A stretch of DNA of 64,000 bases, from positions 2,499 to 66,498 of the forward strand of contig JACWML010000010.1 of assembly GCA_015661395.1 (NCBI GenBank). Reading direction: 5' to 3'. Each line of letters starts with the position of its first letter. Position 1 is the stretch's first letter. The translations under genes were made by a program, and so were the position numbers. Positions 11,286 through 21,814 of the stretch are shown piece after piece. This DNA comes from Methanomicrobia archaeon (GTDB taxonomy: Archaea; Halobacteriota; Bog-38; Methanoflorentales; Methanoflorentaceae). The notes beneath the pieces are model-generated. The model made no database searches. It saw only the letters and a list, made by a program, of their open reading frames with translations, and was not told where the DNA came from.

Positions 11286-11459
11286 CTCAACGTCGCATCG
11301 GTTTTTGCAGCAACTGACTGTTCCCCGTTCAAAGAAGCCCACCGTTCTGAGCTTTTTTGGACACCTACTTTTTTTAAATATTCTTATATAATTGAGTGTG
11401 CATAAAAGACATGTAAAGCCATAGGTGTTAGCGCTGGTGGGCCTATGCATGCGACCATA

Positions 11460-11825
11460 ATGCCGGAAGAATGGCAGTTTGAAAAAGAAGTCGTTTGTTT
11501 TAACTGCCATACAAGAGCAACGCAAGTTGTGCGGATTAAAGACAGACAGGGCAGTGTTATATGCTCGGCGTGTGGCGCGCAGCGTCACTATATCATACGA
11601 AGCGTGATTTATGGGACGGATACGCCGCCGATGGCCCCTGTGGGGATGAAATATGATGCGTGGGACTTCGCGAAGACGAGCGGCTGTCTGAATTGTAAAG
11701 AACACGCAAGGCACAGCGTACATCTCGACGAGTACAAGATGAACGTGATCTGCGACGAATGCGGTTTTTCGCGAGTGTTGAAGCTCGATTATCTTGTCTT
11801 CCCACATGTCCTCTCGAACGAATAA
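11460..11825 (+). CDS. Tandem zinc-ribbon protein (4 CxxC)
   Basis: Two internal repeats of W-x-F-x-K...CxNC...V-I-CxxCG. Confidence 0.75.
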   Translation: MPEEWQFEKEVVCFNCHTRATQVVRIKDRQGSVICSACGAQRHYIIRSVIYGTDTPPMAPVGMKYDAWDFAKTSGCLNCKEHARHSVHLDEYKMNVICDECGFSRVLKLDYLVFPHVLSNE

Positions 11826-11837
11826 GCTCCGCTGAAG

Positions 11838-12341
11838 ATGAGCACGCGGTTGTACGTCTTTCACGCAGGGCAGTGTAATCCGAAGAAGTGTACCGCCAAA
11901 AAACTTGCTAAATTTCATCTCGTAACTCTTTTCCCGACGCCACGACCCTTGTGGGGCTCTCATACGGTACTCCTTGATCCATCCGCACCCGCTCCGTTAT
12001 GCCGCGCGGACGTTGTGACGACGCTCGTTGCGGTTGACTGCTCTTGGAAACAGCGTGAGCGCGTGTTCGAGTCCTTCCGTGCGCGGACAAGGCGACGACT
12101 TCCGTATCTTTTGGCAGCGAATCCGGTGAACTATGGGCGGCCGTACGAGCTCACAACGGCAGAAGCACTGGCTGCTGCGCTCTACGTCCTTGGGGAGTCA
12201 CAACGCGCAAGAGAACTCTTAAACAAGTTCAAATGGGGTCCGACGTTTTTAAACTTGAACGCCGCACCCCTCAATGAATACGCCGGCGCGAACACCGTCG
12301 GCGACGTGCTTGCAAGTGAACGCGCCTATACAGAAGGCTAA
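11838..12341 (+). CDS. tsr3: 16S rRNA aminocarboxypropyltransferase Tsr3 (DUF367)
   Basis: QCNPKKCTAKKL, VDCSW, RRLPYLLAANPVNYGRP, FKWGPTFL. Confidence 0.93.
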   Translation: MSTRLYVFHAGQCNPKKCTAKKLAKFHLVTLFPTPRPLWGSHTVLLDPSAPAPLCRADVVTTLVAVDCSWKQRERVFESFRARTRRRLPYLLAANPVNYGRPYELTTAEALAAALYVLGESQRARELLNKFKWGPTFLNLNAAPLNEYAGANTVGDVLASERAYTEG

Positions 12342-12433
12342 ATGACTTCTTATCCGCGTTCCTGCGGTTAACGTAAACAGAAAGATTAAATGCTGTTAGG
12401 CGTATGGTTCTACCGACGTGAGAGGTACATCTG

Positions 12434-12580
12434 ATGGCACGTTTTCCAGAAGCTGAAAAAAGGTTGCTAAATATCAAAATCTGTATGCGGTGTAACGCCC
12501 GCAACCCGCCACGGGCGACTCGATGCAGGAAATGTGGTTACAAAAACCTGAGGGTCAAGTCGAAGGAACGAAGGGGTTAG
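12434..12580 (+). CDS. rpl40e: 50S ribosomal protein L40e (below the ORF-track size cut-off)
   Basis: Hand translation [48 protein letters not shown]; upstream GAGGT. Confidence 0.97.
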   Translation: MARFPEAEKRLLNIKICMRCNARNPPRATRCRKCGYKNLRVKSKERRG

Positions 12581-12584
12581 CCGA

Positions 12585-13328
12585 TTGAGGATCGAGCAGC
12601 ACCTTGAAGAGGCGATCAGCAAGGAAGGAACGATACATCTAACGCTTATCGATCCCGACTCACAGTCGCCCGAGGAAGCCGCGCGAATTGCACGGGGAGC
12701 TACAGCGGGAGGCACGACTGCGGTTCTTGTGGGGGGCTCCGTAGGCGTCGGCGGACATGGCCTAGAGTGCACCGTATCGGAAATCAAAGGTAGCACGGGT
12801 GTCCCTACTATCATCTTCCCTTCAGACGTAGGGAGTGTGTGTACCACGGCCGACGCGATGTTTTTCTTGTGCCTTATGAACTCTAGGAGCACAGCGTATC
12901 TCAGTACAAACCAAGCGCTCGGCGCCGTGTTTGTCAAGAGCTACGGAATAGAGCCTATTCCCGTAGCGTACATCATCGTCGAACCCGGGGGAACTGTTGG
13001 CTGGATTGGTGATGCGCGTTTGATTCCGCGCAACAAACCCGAGATTGCCGCCGCATACGCGCTCGCAGGAAAATATCTTGGGATGCGATGGATCTACCTT
13101 GAGGCAGGTTCTGGCGTCCCCGATACGGTCCCCGCCGAAATGGTAAAGGCGGTAAAAGCAGCTATAGACGATACAAGGCTGATCGTCGGCGGCGGGATAC
13201 GCACCGACAAGCAGGCCGAGTTGCTCGCGAAGGCGGGAGCGGATGTCATCGTAACGGGCACGGCAATCGAAGAGGACGTTGACATCGAAGACAAGATCGC
13301 ACGCTTTGTCCGCGTGATACAGCACTAA
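12585..13328 (+). CDS. Geranylgeranylglyceryl phosphate synthase (group II)
   Basis: HLTLIDPD, VGGS, YLEAGSG, IVGGGIR; follows rpl40e. Confidence 0.95.
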   Translation: MRIEQHLEEAISKEGTIHLTLIDPDSQSPEEAARIARGATAGGTTAVLVGGSVGVGGHGLECTVSEIKGSTGVPTIIFPSDVGSVCTTADAMFFLCLMNSRSTAYLSTNQALGAVFVKSYGIEPIPVAYIIVEPGGTVGWIGDARLIPRNKPEIAAAYALAGKYLGMRWIYLEAGSGVPDTVPAEMVKAVKAAIDDTRLIVGGGIRTDKQAELLAKAGADVIVTGTAIEEDVDIEDKIARFVRVIQH

Positions 13329-13368
13329 CCGCGTGCGCAGCACCCACCGGCACCTGGCGCAGTGCTTT

Positions 13369-15375
13369 CTACGCGCCCTTGTTCTTCTCTTTCCAGTTGC
13401 TGTAGTTGCATTGCGGGCAGCCCAGATCCCAAAATCGCTTGCCGCTTTGTACCTTGATAAGTCGCATGTCGTGCTGTTTGCACTTGCGCGCAGTTATGCG
13501 CAGCCTTCCTGATTTCGGCAGGGGGAGCCCAAAGGTGCACTGCGGGTATCCGCTGCACCCCACAAAGCGTCCGCCCCGTTTTGAGCGACGCACGACGAGA
13601 TCCGAGCTGCACTGAGGGCACGTCCCAACGGTCGCATCTCCGCGTAGCCCTTTTTGCAGCGATATGCTAATCTCTTCGTGTTGCTCATCAAGCGTGCTTA
13701 AGACCTTGTCGAGAATGTCCCTCGAGCTGACCACAACGAACTCCTTTGACAGCGTTCCCGCTTTGACCTTCTCCATCTCCTCTTCGAGGAGTCGGGTCAT
13801 CTCAGGTTTCGTAATTGTGGGGGCGTAGCGTTCGAGCGATTGCGTGACGCTGCACGCGATACCGGTGGGACGAAGGGGATTCACGTCAACATAGCCGCGC
13901 TGAGCGAGTTTCTTAATGATCTCGTGGCGGGTGCTTTTCGTCCCCAACCCGAGCTCTTCCATCTTCTTGATCAACTGGCCTTGTCCCCATCGCTGCGGCG
14001 GCTGCGTCTCCTTCTCCACAAGCTGTTTGTTCGTGACGGTGAGAACGTCGCCCTCGCGAAGGTCAGGGAGGTACCGCTCTTGCGTCTGTGCATACGGATA
14101 GTGATAGCGCCAGCCTTGATGTGAAAGTTCGAGCCCGGTCGCTCTGAACAGCTCCCCTTGGGAGTCCAGCGTGACCTTTTTTGTGCACCATCGCGCCGGG
14201 TCGGAGAGCGTTGCAAAGAACCGTCGCACAACGAGCTCATACACCTTCCAGCTTTGTGGCTCGAGGTCAGCTTGTGTAGCGCGCATCGTGGGATAGATCG
14301 GCGGATGGTCGGTCGTTTGCTTTTTACCTCGGGTGGCGACCAGCTGCTTCTTTTGTAGCAGCAAGCGAGCATTCTCAGCGAATGGACCGCTTCTGAACAT
14401 GTTCACTGAGAGGCGGAGATCGAGCTCATTCGGATAGACTGTGTTGTCCGTGCGCGGATAGCTTATCCATCCCGCCGTGTAGAGGCGCTCCGCCGTTTCC
14501 ATAGCGCGGCTTGCTGAAATACCAAGCGCGCTTGCTGCAGCGAGAAACTCGGTCGTGTTGAAGGGTTTTGGGGGGGTGTCTTCTCGTTCGGTTTTGGCAA
14601 ACGTAACGACGGTGGCCGTGTCGCCGATGTTTTGTGCCGCCGCCGTTGCGCTCGCTTTGTTTCGAAATCGGTCTGTTTGGTGCTTTGCGTGAAACGTTTC
14701 GCTGCTCGTGCTGAGGTCAATATATATTTCCCAGTATGGCTCTGCCACGAATTGTGCAATTCTTCGCTCGCGATCGACGATCAGCGCGAGCGTCGGACTT
14801 TGTACGCGTCCCGCAGACAAGAAACGATTGCCAAGTCGCTTGGCAGCCGTTGATATGTACCGCGTGAGCGCAGCACCCCAAATGAGGTCCACCGCCTGCC
14901 GTGCCTCCCCGGAATGAGCGAGGTTGAGGTCAATTTTGGTTGGCGATCGAAACGCGCGTTTGACCTCAATGGGGGTCATCGAACTAAACCGCACGCGGTC
15001 CACCCCTACGTCCTTGACGGACTTGACGATCGCGCACGCCTCTAAACCGATGAGTTCGCCTTCCGTGTCAAAGTCAGTCGCAATAGTCACCCGGTCGGCA
15101 TCCTTAGCGGCTCGTTTGAGTCCTGACACGATGCTCTTGTGCGTGGGAACGGTGACGACGTCAGCCCGGATTAGCTCGTGAAGGTTTGTCTTCCAGTCGC
15201 GGTATTCATCTGGGAAGTCGAGCTTGACGATATGACCCCTCAGGCCTAGCACGACCGTGCTATTGAAGCGATACGCGTTAGCGCTGGCGACTTTGGTTGC
15301 TGATGCTGCTCCGTCTGAGAGAATCTCGGCGATCCGCTTCGCCGCGATATCCTTCTCGGTCACGATGAGGTGCAT
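13369..15375 (-). CDS. topA: DNA topoisomerase I (type IA) with C-terminal zinc ribbons
   Basis: Toprim IVTEK and ATDFDTEGE, SAGRVQSP, active-site ISYPRTD. Confidence 0.97.
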   Translation of the reverse strand: MHLIVTEKDIAAKRIAEILSDGAASATKVASANAYRFNSTVVLGLRGHIVKLDFPDEYRDWKTNLHELIRADVVTVPTHKSIVSGLKRAAKDADRVTIATDFDTEGELIGLEACAIVKSVKDVGVDRVRFSSMTPIEVKRAFRSPTKIDLNLAHSGEARQAVDLIWGAALTRYISTAAKRLGNRFLSAGRVQSPTLALIVDRERRIAQFVAEPYWEIYIDLSTSSETFHAKHQTDRFRNKASATAAAQNIGDTATVVTFAKTEREDTPPKPFNTTEFLAAASALGISASRAMETAERLYTAGWISYPRTDNTVYPNELDLRLSVNMFRSGPFAENARLLLQKKQLVATRGKKQTTDHPPIYPTMRATQADLEPQSWKVYELVVRRFFATLSDPARWCTKKVTLDSQGELFRATGLELSHQGWRYHYPYAQTQERYLPDLREGDVLTVTNKQLVEKETQPPQRWGQGQLIKKMEELGLGTKSTRHEIIKKLAQRGYVDVNPLRPTGIACSVTQSLERYAPTITKPEMTRLLEEEMEKVKAGTLSKEFVVVSSRDILDKVLSTLDEQHEEISISLQKGLRGDATVGTCPQCSSDLVVRRSKRGGRFVGCSGYPQCTFGLPLPKSGRLRITARKCKQHDMRLIKVQSGKRFWDLGCPQCNYSNWKEKNKGA

Positions 15376-16784
15376 CAGAGTTGCTCCCGAATGAGACGAT
15401 TGGTGAGGGTGGGATCAGCCCGTCCGCGTGTCTTCTTCATGACCTGACCGACGAGAAAGTTAAGCGCGCCTTTCTTGCCGCTGTGATAGTCGTCAACGGC
15501 CTGTGGGTTCTCTTCGATCGCTTGCGTAACGGCAGCGGTGATCTGTTCGATTGGGGCAGCGTGAAGTGCCTGCGCGTCGATGATCTCGCACGGGGTCCCT
15601 CCGGTGTCGAGGACAGTTCGTATGACCTCGACGGCTGCCTTTTCGGTAATGGTTCCCTGGTTCACGTTGGCTATGACGTCGATTAAGAAGTTGGGCCTGA
15701 ACGCGTCAAGGTTCAGCCCGCGATAGTTCAGCTCGCCCTGAAGCACGTCAACGACCCAGCTTGCCGCCGCCGACGGGTCGACTCGTGCGGCGACCGTTTC
15801 GAAGTAGTCGGCCAAGGGCTTCGACGCGGTGAGCACTTTCGCGAGGTAATCCGAAATGCCGTATTGCGCGATGAAGCGGTGACGTTTTGTATCCGGGAGT
15901 TCGACTTGCACTTGCTCGCGGAACTGCTCGGCCACCGGTTCGGGATCGACGCGCAGAAGATCAGGTTCGGGGAAGTACCGATAGTCGTGTTCTTGCTCTT
16001 TTGAACGGAGTGAAATTGTGATGCCGCGTGCCTCGTCGAAGTGCCGCGTTTCTTGCGTGATATGGATGCCTCTTCGAAGCAAGTTTCGCTGGCGAGTGAT
16101 TTCAAACAGGAGCGCTTTTTCCACGCCCTTGTATGAGGAGATGTTTTTGACTTCGGCCCGTTGCCCGCCGGCGATCGAAATGTTAGCGTCGACGCGAAGC
16201 GATCCCTCGAGGTTGCCGTCGAAGACGTCGAGGTATTCAAGGATGTTGCGCAACTTGTTCAGAAAGCGACGCGCTTCCTTGGGGGCGCGAAGGTCAGGCT
16301 CGGTGACCACTTCGAGCAGCGGCACGCCGGATCGATTATAATCGATGAGTGAGTACTGCGCCTTTTCGATGGTTCCGCGGTACGTAAGCTTCCCTGGATC
16401 TTCTTCCAAGTGCACGCGCCTGATTCGAATCGTCCGTTCCTGCCCTGCGCTGTCGACTGTCAAGTAGCCATTAGTGCCGAGCGGAAAGTCGTACTGGCTG
16501 ATTTGAAAGCCTTTCGGCAAATCTGGGTAGTAGTAGTTCTTCCGATAGAACTGCGTCTGTTGCACCGAGCAGTTGAGCGCTTTCGCGACCCGCTCGGCGT
16601 AAACGATTGCCATCTCGTTGACGACCGGTAGACTCCCCGGAAGCCCGAGACAGATAGGACACGTGTGGGTGTTTGGCTCTGAGTCCTGATAACGCGTTGA
16701 ACATCCACAAAAAAGCTTCGATTGGGTTGTGAGCTGTGTGTGCACCTCAAGCCCTATAATAATGTCGGTTCTTTCCGTGGTCAT
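15375..16784 (-). CDS. gatB: Asp/Glu-tRNA amidotransferase subunit B
   Basis: [42 protein letters not shown]. Confidence 0.98.
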   Translation of the reverse strand: MTTERTDIIIGLEVHTQLTTQSKLFCGCSTRYQDSEPNTHTCPICLGLPGSLPVVNEMAIVYAERVAKALNCSVQQTQFYRKNYYYPDLPKGFQISQYDFPLGTNGYLTVDSAGQERTIRIRRVHLEEDPGKLTYRGTIEKAQYSLIDYNRSGVPLLEVVTEPDLRAPKEARRFLNKLRNILEYLDVFDGNLEGSLRVDANISIAGGQRAEVKNISSYKGVEKALLFEITRQRNLLRRGIHITQETRHFDEARGITISLRSKEQEHDYRYFPEPDLLRVDPEPVAEQFREQVQVELPDTKRHRFIAQYGISDYLAKVLTASKPLADYFETVAARVDPSAAASWVVDVLQGELNYRGLNLDAFRPNFLIDVIANVNQGTITEKAAVEVIRTVLDTGGTPCEIIDAQALHAAPIEQITAAVTQAIEENPQAVDDYHSGKKGALNFLVGQVMKKTRGRADPTLTNRLIREQL

Positions 16785-17115
16785 GTGATACGGTTTTTTG
16801 TCGCTACTTCTCTTACCGAGATCTGCGCTTATAACATTTAAACAGCGGCGTAGAAGCGCGTTGATTGCTTGGATATTTAGTCAATTCAGAGCAGGATGCC
16901 TGTAATGTTTTGAGGCCTTACGTTAGGATAGGTTCCAGCTACTAGTCGGAACGCTACCTATTATAATTAACTGCGCGGGCGCGGATGGGTTGCAGCTCGT
17001 CGCCGTGACTGGGAAGTTTGAAGGATAGGGTTATCACGAGATCGGACGGTATCACAGCGAACCAATTGAAAAGGTTTATCTGATAATCAGCAGCTTGTTT
17101 GTGGGAGGAGTCAGT

Positions 17116-17796
17116 ATGAGCGCGGATAAATGGGCCATTCTACTGCTGGTCACCGTCATGTTACTCGCATCGGCTTGCACCATGGCGAGCGCGCAAAGCA
17201 CGCAAGGAGGCGTAGTAAAGATCAGCTCGCCTCCCAGGAACGGCAAGGCAGGGCCTACGGAGCGCGTGAGCGGTAAAGCACAGCTTTCAAAGGGGTATTC
17301 GCTTTGGATCGTGCCGTACGATCCAACCGCTGGCAAGTACTATCCGGAAGCCCCCCTGCTGACGGTGCGCAGTGATGCGACTTGGTCGTCTCGTCTCTCG
17401 GTAGGCACCATATTTGGCGTCGGCAAGACGTTCCAGATTTACGCGGTCGTCGCCGATAAAAGTGCTAGTGCTACGCTGAGCAAGTACGCCGCGCAGCGAA
17501 CGGGAATAACAAAACTGCCGCCTGGGGCGCAAGCCGTCGATGCTGTCACCGTAAAGCGCGTGGCAGCAGACGTTACGGGCGCGCCATCTGCAAGCCCCTC
17601 GCCCAGCGCCGTGCCGCGCACGGCGTCAACCGCTGGATCGAGCGCGACTGCACGGGCGAATACTTCTACGGAAAACGTCGCTCAAGCGAGTGCAGCTGCA
17701 AGTAGCCAAAACCCGCTTCCCGGTTTTGAGGCGTTGTACGCGCTTGGTGCTCTTGCTGCCGTGTTTCTGGTATTACGCGTCACCCGCCGTAGCTAA
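17116..17796 (+). CDS. Secreted surface protein with PGF-CTERM sorting signal
   Basis: Signal peptide, beta-rich domain, S/T/A-rich linker, C-terminal PGF + TM helix + RVTRRS; GGAGG upstream of ATG 17116. Confidence 0.85.
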   Translation: MSADKWAILLLVTVMLLASACTMASAQSTQGGVVKISSPPRNGKAGPTERVSGKAQLSKGYSLWIVPYDPTAGKYYPEAPLLTVRSDATWSSRLSVGTIFGVGKTFQIYAVVADKSASATLSKYAAQRTGITKLPPGAQAVDAVTVKRVAADVTGAPSASPSPSAVPRTASTAGSSATARANTSTENVAQASAAASSQNPLPGFEALYALGALAAVFLVLRVTRRS

Positions 17797-17867
17797 GGTT
17801 CCATAGCCGCGATGGGCCAGTCTTAAAACGGTTGTTTCAGGACAGATCAGCTGGAGGTGGTCAATCT

Positions 17868-18110
17868 ATGGTTGTCACGACGAATGCTGTCGGTGACCCT
17901 TCCATCGAAAACATAGTAGAACAGCTTACTGCACCAACGAGTGCGAGCTTCCTGAAGAAGCTCATTGTGCGCATCGCTTGCGTTAGATACGGCGTCAGCG
18001 CACTATCAAGCGCACTTAACGAAGCGGTATCACTTCGCCGTCGCCGCGAGCCGCAGTTTCATCAGACGGGACAATGCAGCGCGTCTCACCCGGGTGGAGC
18101 ACTTGATTAA
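17868..18110 (+). CDS. Hypothetical protein
   Basis: ATG preceded by GGAGGTGG; 3' end overlaps the convergent CxxC ORF. Confidence 0.4.
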   Translation: MVVTTNAVGDPSIENIVEQLTAPTSASFLKKLIVRIACVRYGVSALSSALNEAVSLRRRREPQFHQTGQCSASHPGGALD

Positions 18111-18216
18111 CGGCGCACGTTAGGCGATCAGAACACTCTTGGCATTCTGGGGCCTGCAGTTCGTTTAAGCGTGCAACAAGGCGCCCATAATAGAGCGTCA
18201 CACGTTCGGCCATCAT
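18016..18216 (-). CDS. Small CxxC protein, paralog of 37932..38090
   Basis: GGAGGGG upstream; PECQECSDRLTCAVNQVLHP aligns with PNCNKCAERLANAVNSVLRP. Confidence 0.6.
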   Translation of the reverse strand: MMAERVTLYYGRLVARLNELQAPECQECSDRLTCAVNQVLHPGETRCIVPSDETAARGDGEVIPLR

Positions 18217-18267
18217 AGTTTTTCCCCTCCTTGCAGAATACCGTGCTCTGGATGTGTTTAAGCTTGT

Positions 18268-18288
18268 GTGATCACTTTTTTGTGTCAC
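18268..18288. promoter_or_regulatory. Putative operator palindrome GTGACA-N9-GATCAC (minus-strand reading)
   Basis: Same spacing and the same 13-mer GTGTGACACAAAA as upstream of the paralog at 37809. Confidence 0.5.
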
Positions 18289-18809
18289 ACCTCACGGAGG
18301 CCGTTTGCGCATGCCACTCGTACGTCCGCTGAGAACCGCTGAGCACCGAGAAACACGTGCGTTGTGAATGGCCATCGATAGACTGAAATGACGACGAGAC
18401 GTTTGAAAGGAGCGATAAGCAGCGATAAGCTGCGAAAACCGCGCACGCCGTGTCTGAAGGTCTACGCGCGCAGGGCCGGGTGCACTCTGCGTTTAGCAGC
18501 TGAAGGTGAGCAGCATCGATAACCGCTAGCGACTCGTCTTAGTCGCGACCGGCGTTAACCTACTGTTCGAGTACTCGCTTCGCGGCATTAACGGCTTTTT
18601 ACTACAGCCGCTCTGTTGCCGATCTTATTCATTGCCCATGCCAAGTACTTCACGATTCGTGAAGCGAGACTGGCACCAGGACCTTGTCTCTGTGTGGCGG
18701 TGGAACGGATTCGTTATCGCAGTTTTTCAAGTGAGGGGCGTTGTCACGACTCGGCAGGCGTAAAGCTGTTTGGGGTGCTGTGAGGGGCGCTGGCTTTCGT
18801 CTCCGTTCA

Positions 18810-20000
18810 CTATCGTTTCATGGCACGCTCGAACGCAAGGAGCGCCGCTGACAACAAAACGATCCCGAAACCGAAGAGTATGATGATGTCCGTTGAAATC
18901 GCTGGTATGCCCACACCAAGCACTACCACTTTTCGCAGCGCGCTAATGGCGTAGGTGAGCGGAAGGAACTGCGCGATGACCTGCATAAATTGTGGCATCT
19001 GCGATATCGGGAAGAAGACGCCGCTGAGGAACATCATGGGAAACGTTAGCGTCATCATGATCATCGTAGCGGTCTCCTCGGTACTCGTGAACGAGGTGAT
19101 GAGAATACCCAAGCCGACTAGGCTGAACACGCCGAGGAGCAAAATTCCCAAGATAAGCGCGATGCTCCCTTGTACGACCACGCCAAAGAGAACGATCGAA
19201 AGCGTAAGGACGATGATCCCCTGGATCATACCGCGTGTTGTCTGGGCGATGACCTTTCCGCCCAGTATCGACATCCGGTGCACCGGTGCGGCGAGCATGC
19301 CGTCGAGGGTGCCCATCTCCCGCTCGAAAGAAATGGCGTGTGGGAGGCCGGTCATAAGCGACATCATGACGACCATCCCCATGATGCCAGGCGCGACGAA
19401 CTCGAAGTAGTTGGTTTGTCCTGGAACGATGCCCGTCGTCTGGATGTTGTATGGTGCTACCTGGGCTAGCGAATAGTTCAGCGGCGTTTTATACGTCTGG
19501 TTCAGTCCGTACGTGGCCGTCTGTGTGCCCATTTGTTCAATGACTTGCGTGAGCTGCGTCTGTATGAGAGATGCCGTCTGAGGGTTCGACTGATCATTGA
19601 CAATCGTGACGTCTGCTTGCTTACCGCTATTGAGGTTAGATGTGAAATTGCTGCCAATAATAATGCCGGCGCTCTGCTGGCCGTTTTGAATGTTCGATTT
19701 CACGTCGGCGGCGCTGCCGACTGTCGAGAGATCCATCATGCCGGTCTTGTTGTTCAGAGCCTCGAGCTGTGCGACGAATTTCGTGCTGAGGGAGGCATTG
19801 CCCTGCACAGCGTCAAGGTTCGCGAGCGCAACGGGGACGTTAGACATCCCGCTATTTGAGGGGAAGATGTAGCCGACCATGCCCATCATGAAGAGGGGCA
19901 TAAGGATGAGCATCACAAGGCCCATGCGATTCCTGCTTATGTCTAACAAGTCTTTCCACGCAATCCACAGCGCGTGACGAATACCACTTCTAACTCCCAT
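18810..20000 (-). CDS. ABC-2 type exporter permease
   Basis: TM + extracellular loop + EREMGTL, MFLSGVFFP, PLTYAI motifs. Confidence 0.93.
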   Translation of the reverse strand: MGVRSGIRHALWIAWKDLLDISRNRMGLVMLILMPLFMMGMVGYIFPSNSGMSNVPVALANLDAVQGNASLSTKFVAQLEALNNKTGMMDLSTVGSAADVKSNIQNGQQSAGIIIGSNFTSNLNSGKQADVTIVNDQSNPQTASLIQTQLTQVIEQMGTQTATYGLNQTYKTPLNYSLAQVAPYNIQTTGIVPGQTNYFEFVAPGIMGMVVMMSLMTGLPHAISFEREMGTLDGMLAAPVHRMSILGGKVIAQTTRGMIQGIIVLTLSIVLFGVVVQGSIALILGILLLGVFSLVGLGILITSFTSTEETATMIMMTLTFPMMFLSGVFFPISQMPQFMQVIAQFLPLTYAISALRKVVVLGVGIPAISTDIIILFGFGIVLLSAALLAFERAMKR

Positions 20001-20010
20001 TGGACAGCCC

Positions 20011-21033
20011 CTACCGTATCCTCGATCGCACTCTCGATCCGTGCCGAGAATGCCCTTCCTGTGTGGTTACCTTATCGGCGACCTGCTCCCTTACCTCGTG
20101 GCCAGTAAGATAGAGGAACACGTCTTCCAATGTCGGCTCAACGTTATGAATGGATCGAATCTGTCCTGCGCCTGATCGCACCGTATCAATGACGTTATCG
20201 CACGCCTCATCGCCCGACGCGTGAACCCTGATGTGCGTCTCGTCTTCTGCCGTGACCGTTTGCGTGCACGACAACGATTGAATGTCCGAGATAAGCGTTG
20301 GCGTAATGTTTGGAACGTCGAGCTCAATGACGTTCGTATCGGCACCGGTTATTACTTTTTTCAGATTTGACGGCGTATCGAGCGCGACGATCTTCCCGTA
20401 GTCGACGATACTGATCCGGTCGCATAGCACGTCAGCTTCGGCCATTGCATGCGTTGTTAAGATGATCGTTGTTCCAGCATCTTCGTTGATCCTGCGCGTA
20501 AAGTCGCGGATCTCGTTCGTGGATTGCGGATCAAGACCGAGCGTTGGTTCATCCAAGAATAGGATCTCCGGCTCGTTGAGGAGAGCGCGGATCACATTGA
20601 TGCGCTGCTTCATCCCGGTCGAAAACGTGCCGATCTGCTGGTCTGCCCACTTTTCCATATTAACGACCTTGAGCAGCTCATCGATGCGTTCACGCAGGGC
20701 GTTTCGCGGGATATCGTAAAGCTCGCCGAACAAGCGCAGGTTTTCATGCGCTGTGAGCCGATCATACATGATCATTTTTTCGGATACAAGTCCGATGTGC
20801 TCGCGCACCCTATCACCCTGATGAGCAATGTCAAAGCCGGCAACGGTCGCCGATCCTTGAGTAGGGCCACTCAGTGTGCAAAGCATCCGAATAGTCGTCG
20901 TTTTGCCCGCGCCGTTTGGCCCCAAGAAACCAAATATCTCGCCTGTCTTCACTTCAAAGGAGAGATGATCTACGGCGACGAAGTCGCGGAATTTCTTGAC
21001 GAGATTTGTGGCTTTGATTGCAATGTCGTCCAT
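20011..21033 (-). CDS. ABC exporter ATP-binding protein (DrrA-like)
   Basis: GPNGAGKTT, FSTGMKQR, LDEPTLGLDP. Confidence 0.95.
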   Translation of the reverse strand: MDDIAIKATNLVKKFRDFVAVDHLSFEVKTGEIFGFLGPNGAGKTTTIRMLCTLSGPTQGSATVAGFDIAHQGDRVREHIGLVSEKMIMYDRLTAHENLRLFGELYDIPRNALRERIDELLKVVNMEKWADQQIGTFSTGMKQRINVIRALLNEPEILFLDEPTLGLDPQSTNEIRDFTRRINEDAGTTIILTTHAMAEADVLCDRISIVDYGKIVALDTPSNLKKVITGADTNVIELDVPNITPTLISDIQSLSCTQTVTAEDETHIRVHASGDEACDNVIDTVRSGAGQIRSIHNVEPTLEDVFLYLTGHEVREQVADKVTTQEGHSRHGSRVRSRIR

Positions 21034-21173
21034 GTCACTAACCTGATTGATATATCTAAAGATATAGTATAAGATATTTGACTATTTGAAGGTTTCCCAA
21101 TTGGAAGCCCGCGCGCGCCATTCAGAGGCTTTTGTTCGAGCCCGCAAACCAGCGCAAGCATTAGAGAAACGTG

Positions 21174-21473
21174 TCATAGCTCTTTTTGAGTGTCATCGTT
21201 CGCTTTTTCGGCGTGGTGATCTGTTTGCCCTTCCGGTGCGAGAACTTCCTCGAGTTTGCCACCAAATATCTCTTGGACCAATTGTGAGAGCACGTCAGCT
21301 TTTACGAGAATGAACCCCCACGCACCCATTCTCGTGCTGCCCATCACAAGAAAACGGTCTCCCGTTTCAATTCCAAATTGTTTCCTCAGTTCAGCTGGAA
21401 TCACCACTTGACCTTTTTCGCCAATGATGGTGTCCCCATAGTACTTCATCTTTCGAAGCATCTGACCGTGCAC
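21174..21473 (-). CDS. AbrB/MazE/SpoVT-family DNA-binding regulator
   Basis: IGEKGQVVIPAELRKQFGIETGD. Confidence 0.9.
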   Translation of the reverse strand: MHGQMLRKMKYYGDTIIGEKGQVVIPAELRKQFGIETGDRFLVMGSTRMGAWGFILVKADVLSQLVQEIFGGKLEEVLAPEGQTDHHAEKANDDTQKEL

Positions 21474-21495
21474 AATCTTCCCTCCGAGAGTACGC

Positions 21496-21531
21496 TTAAT
21501 CGTGTTAATCCTACTAATCTTACTTATCTTA
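21496..21531. promoter_or_regulatory. Four 9-bp direct repeats between a TATA-like element and the AbrB-family gene (candidate autoregulatory operator)
   Basis: TTAATCGTG TTAATCCTA CTAATCTTA CTTATCTTA; TATATA at about 21538-21544. Confidence 0.55.
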
Positions 21532-21814
21532 TCTTGCTATATATAACTATTAGGTGGCGACAATTCAGAGACAACTGCAGAATAGAACGCGCCGGCTTGT
21601 CATGCCATCAACTTAAGCAGGTGATATAGCCCCGTTGATTATGATATTCCTTGGAGAAAATGCTCTTGAAGGCGACCAACTAGCCGATTTATCAAGCAAG
21701 GTGATTGACGTTATCGCGAAGCTTTCAAATTCATTGAGCAAATGGTTTTGAAAATTGGCTTGATTTGAACAGACTGTCTCTCGATCTTAACAAAGGCTTG
21801 CGGACATTTTCGAC

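Noticed and set aside
10905..11963. 352-aa minus-strand ORF
   Set aside because: Shadow of three recognisable plus-strand genes; composition is not protein-like
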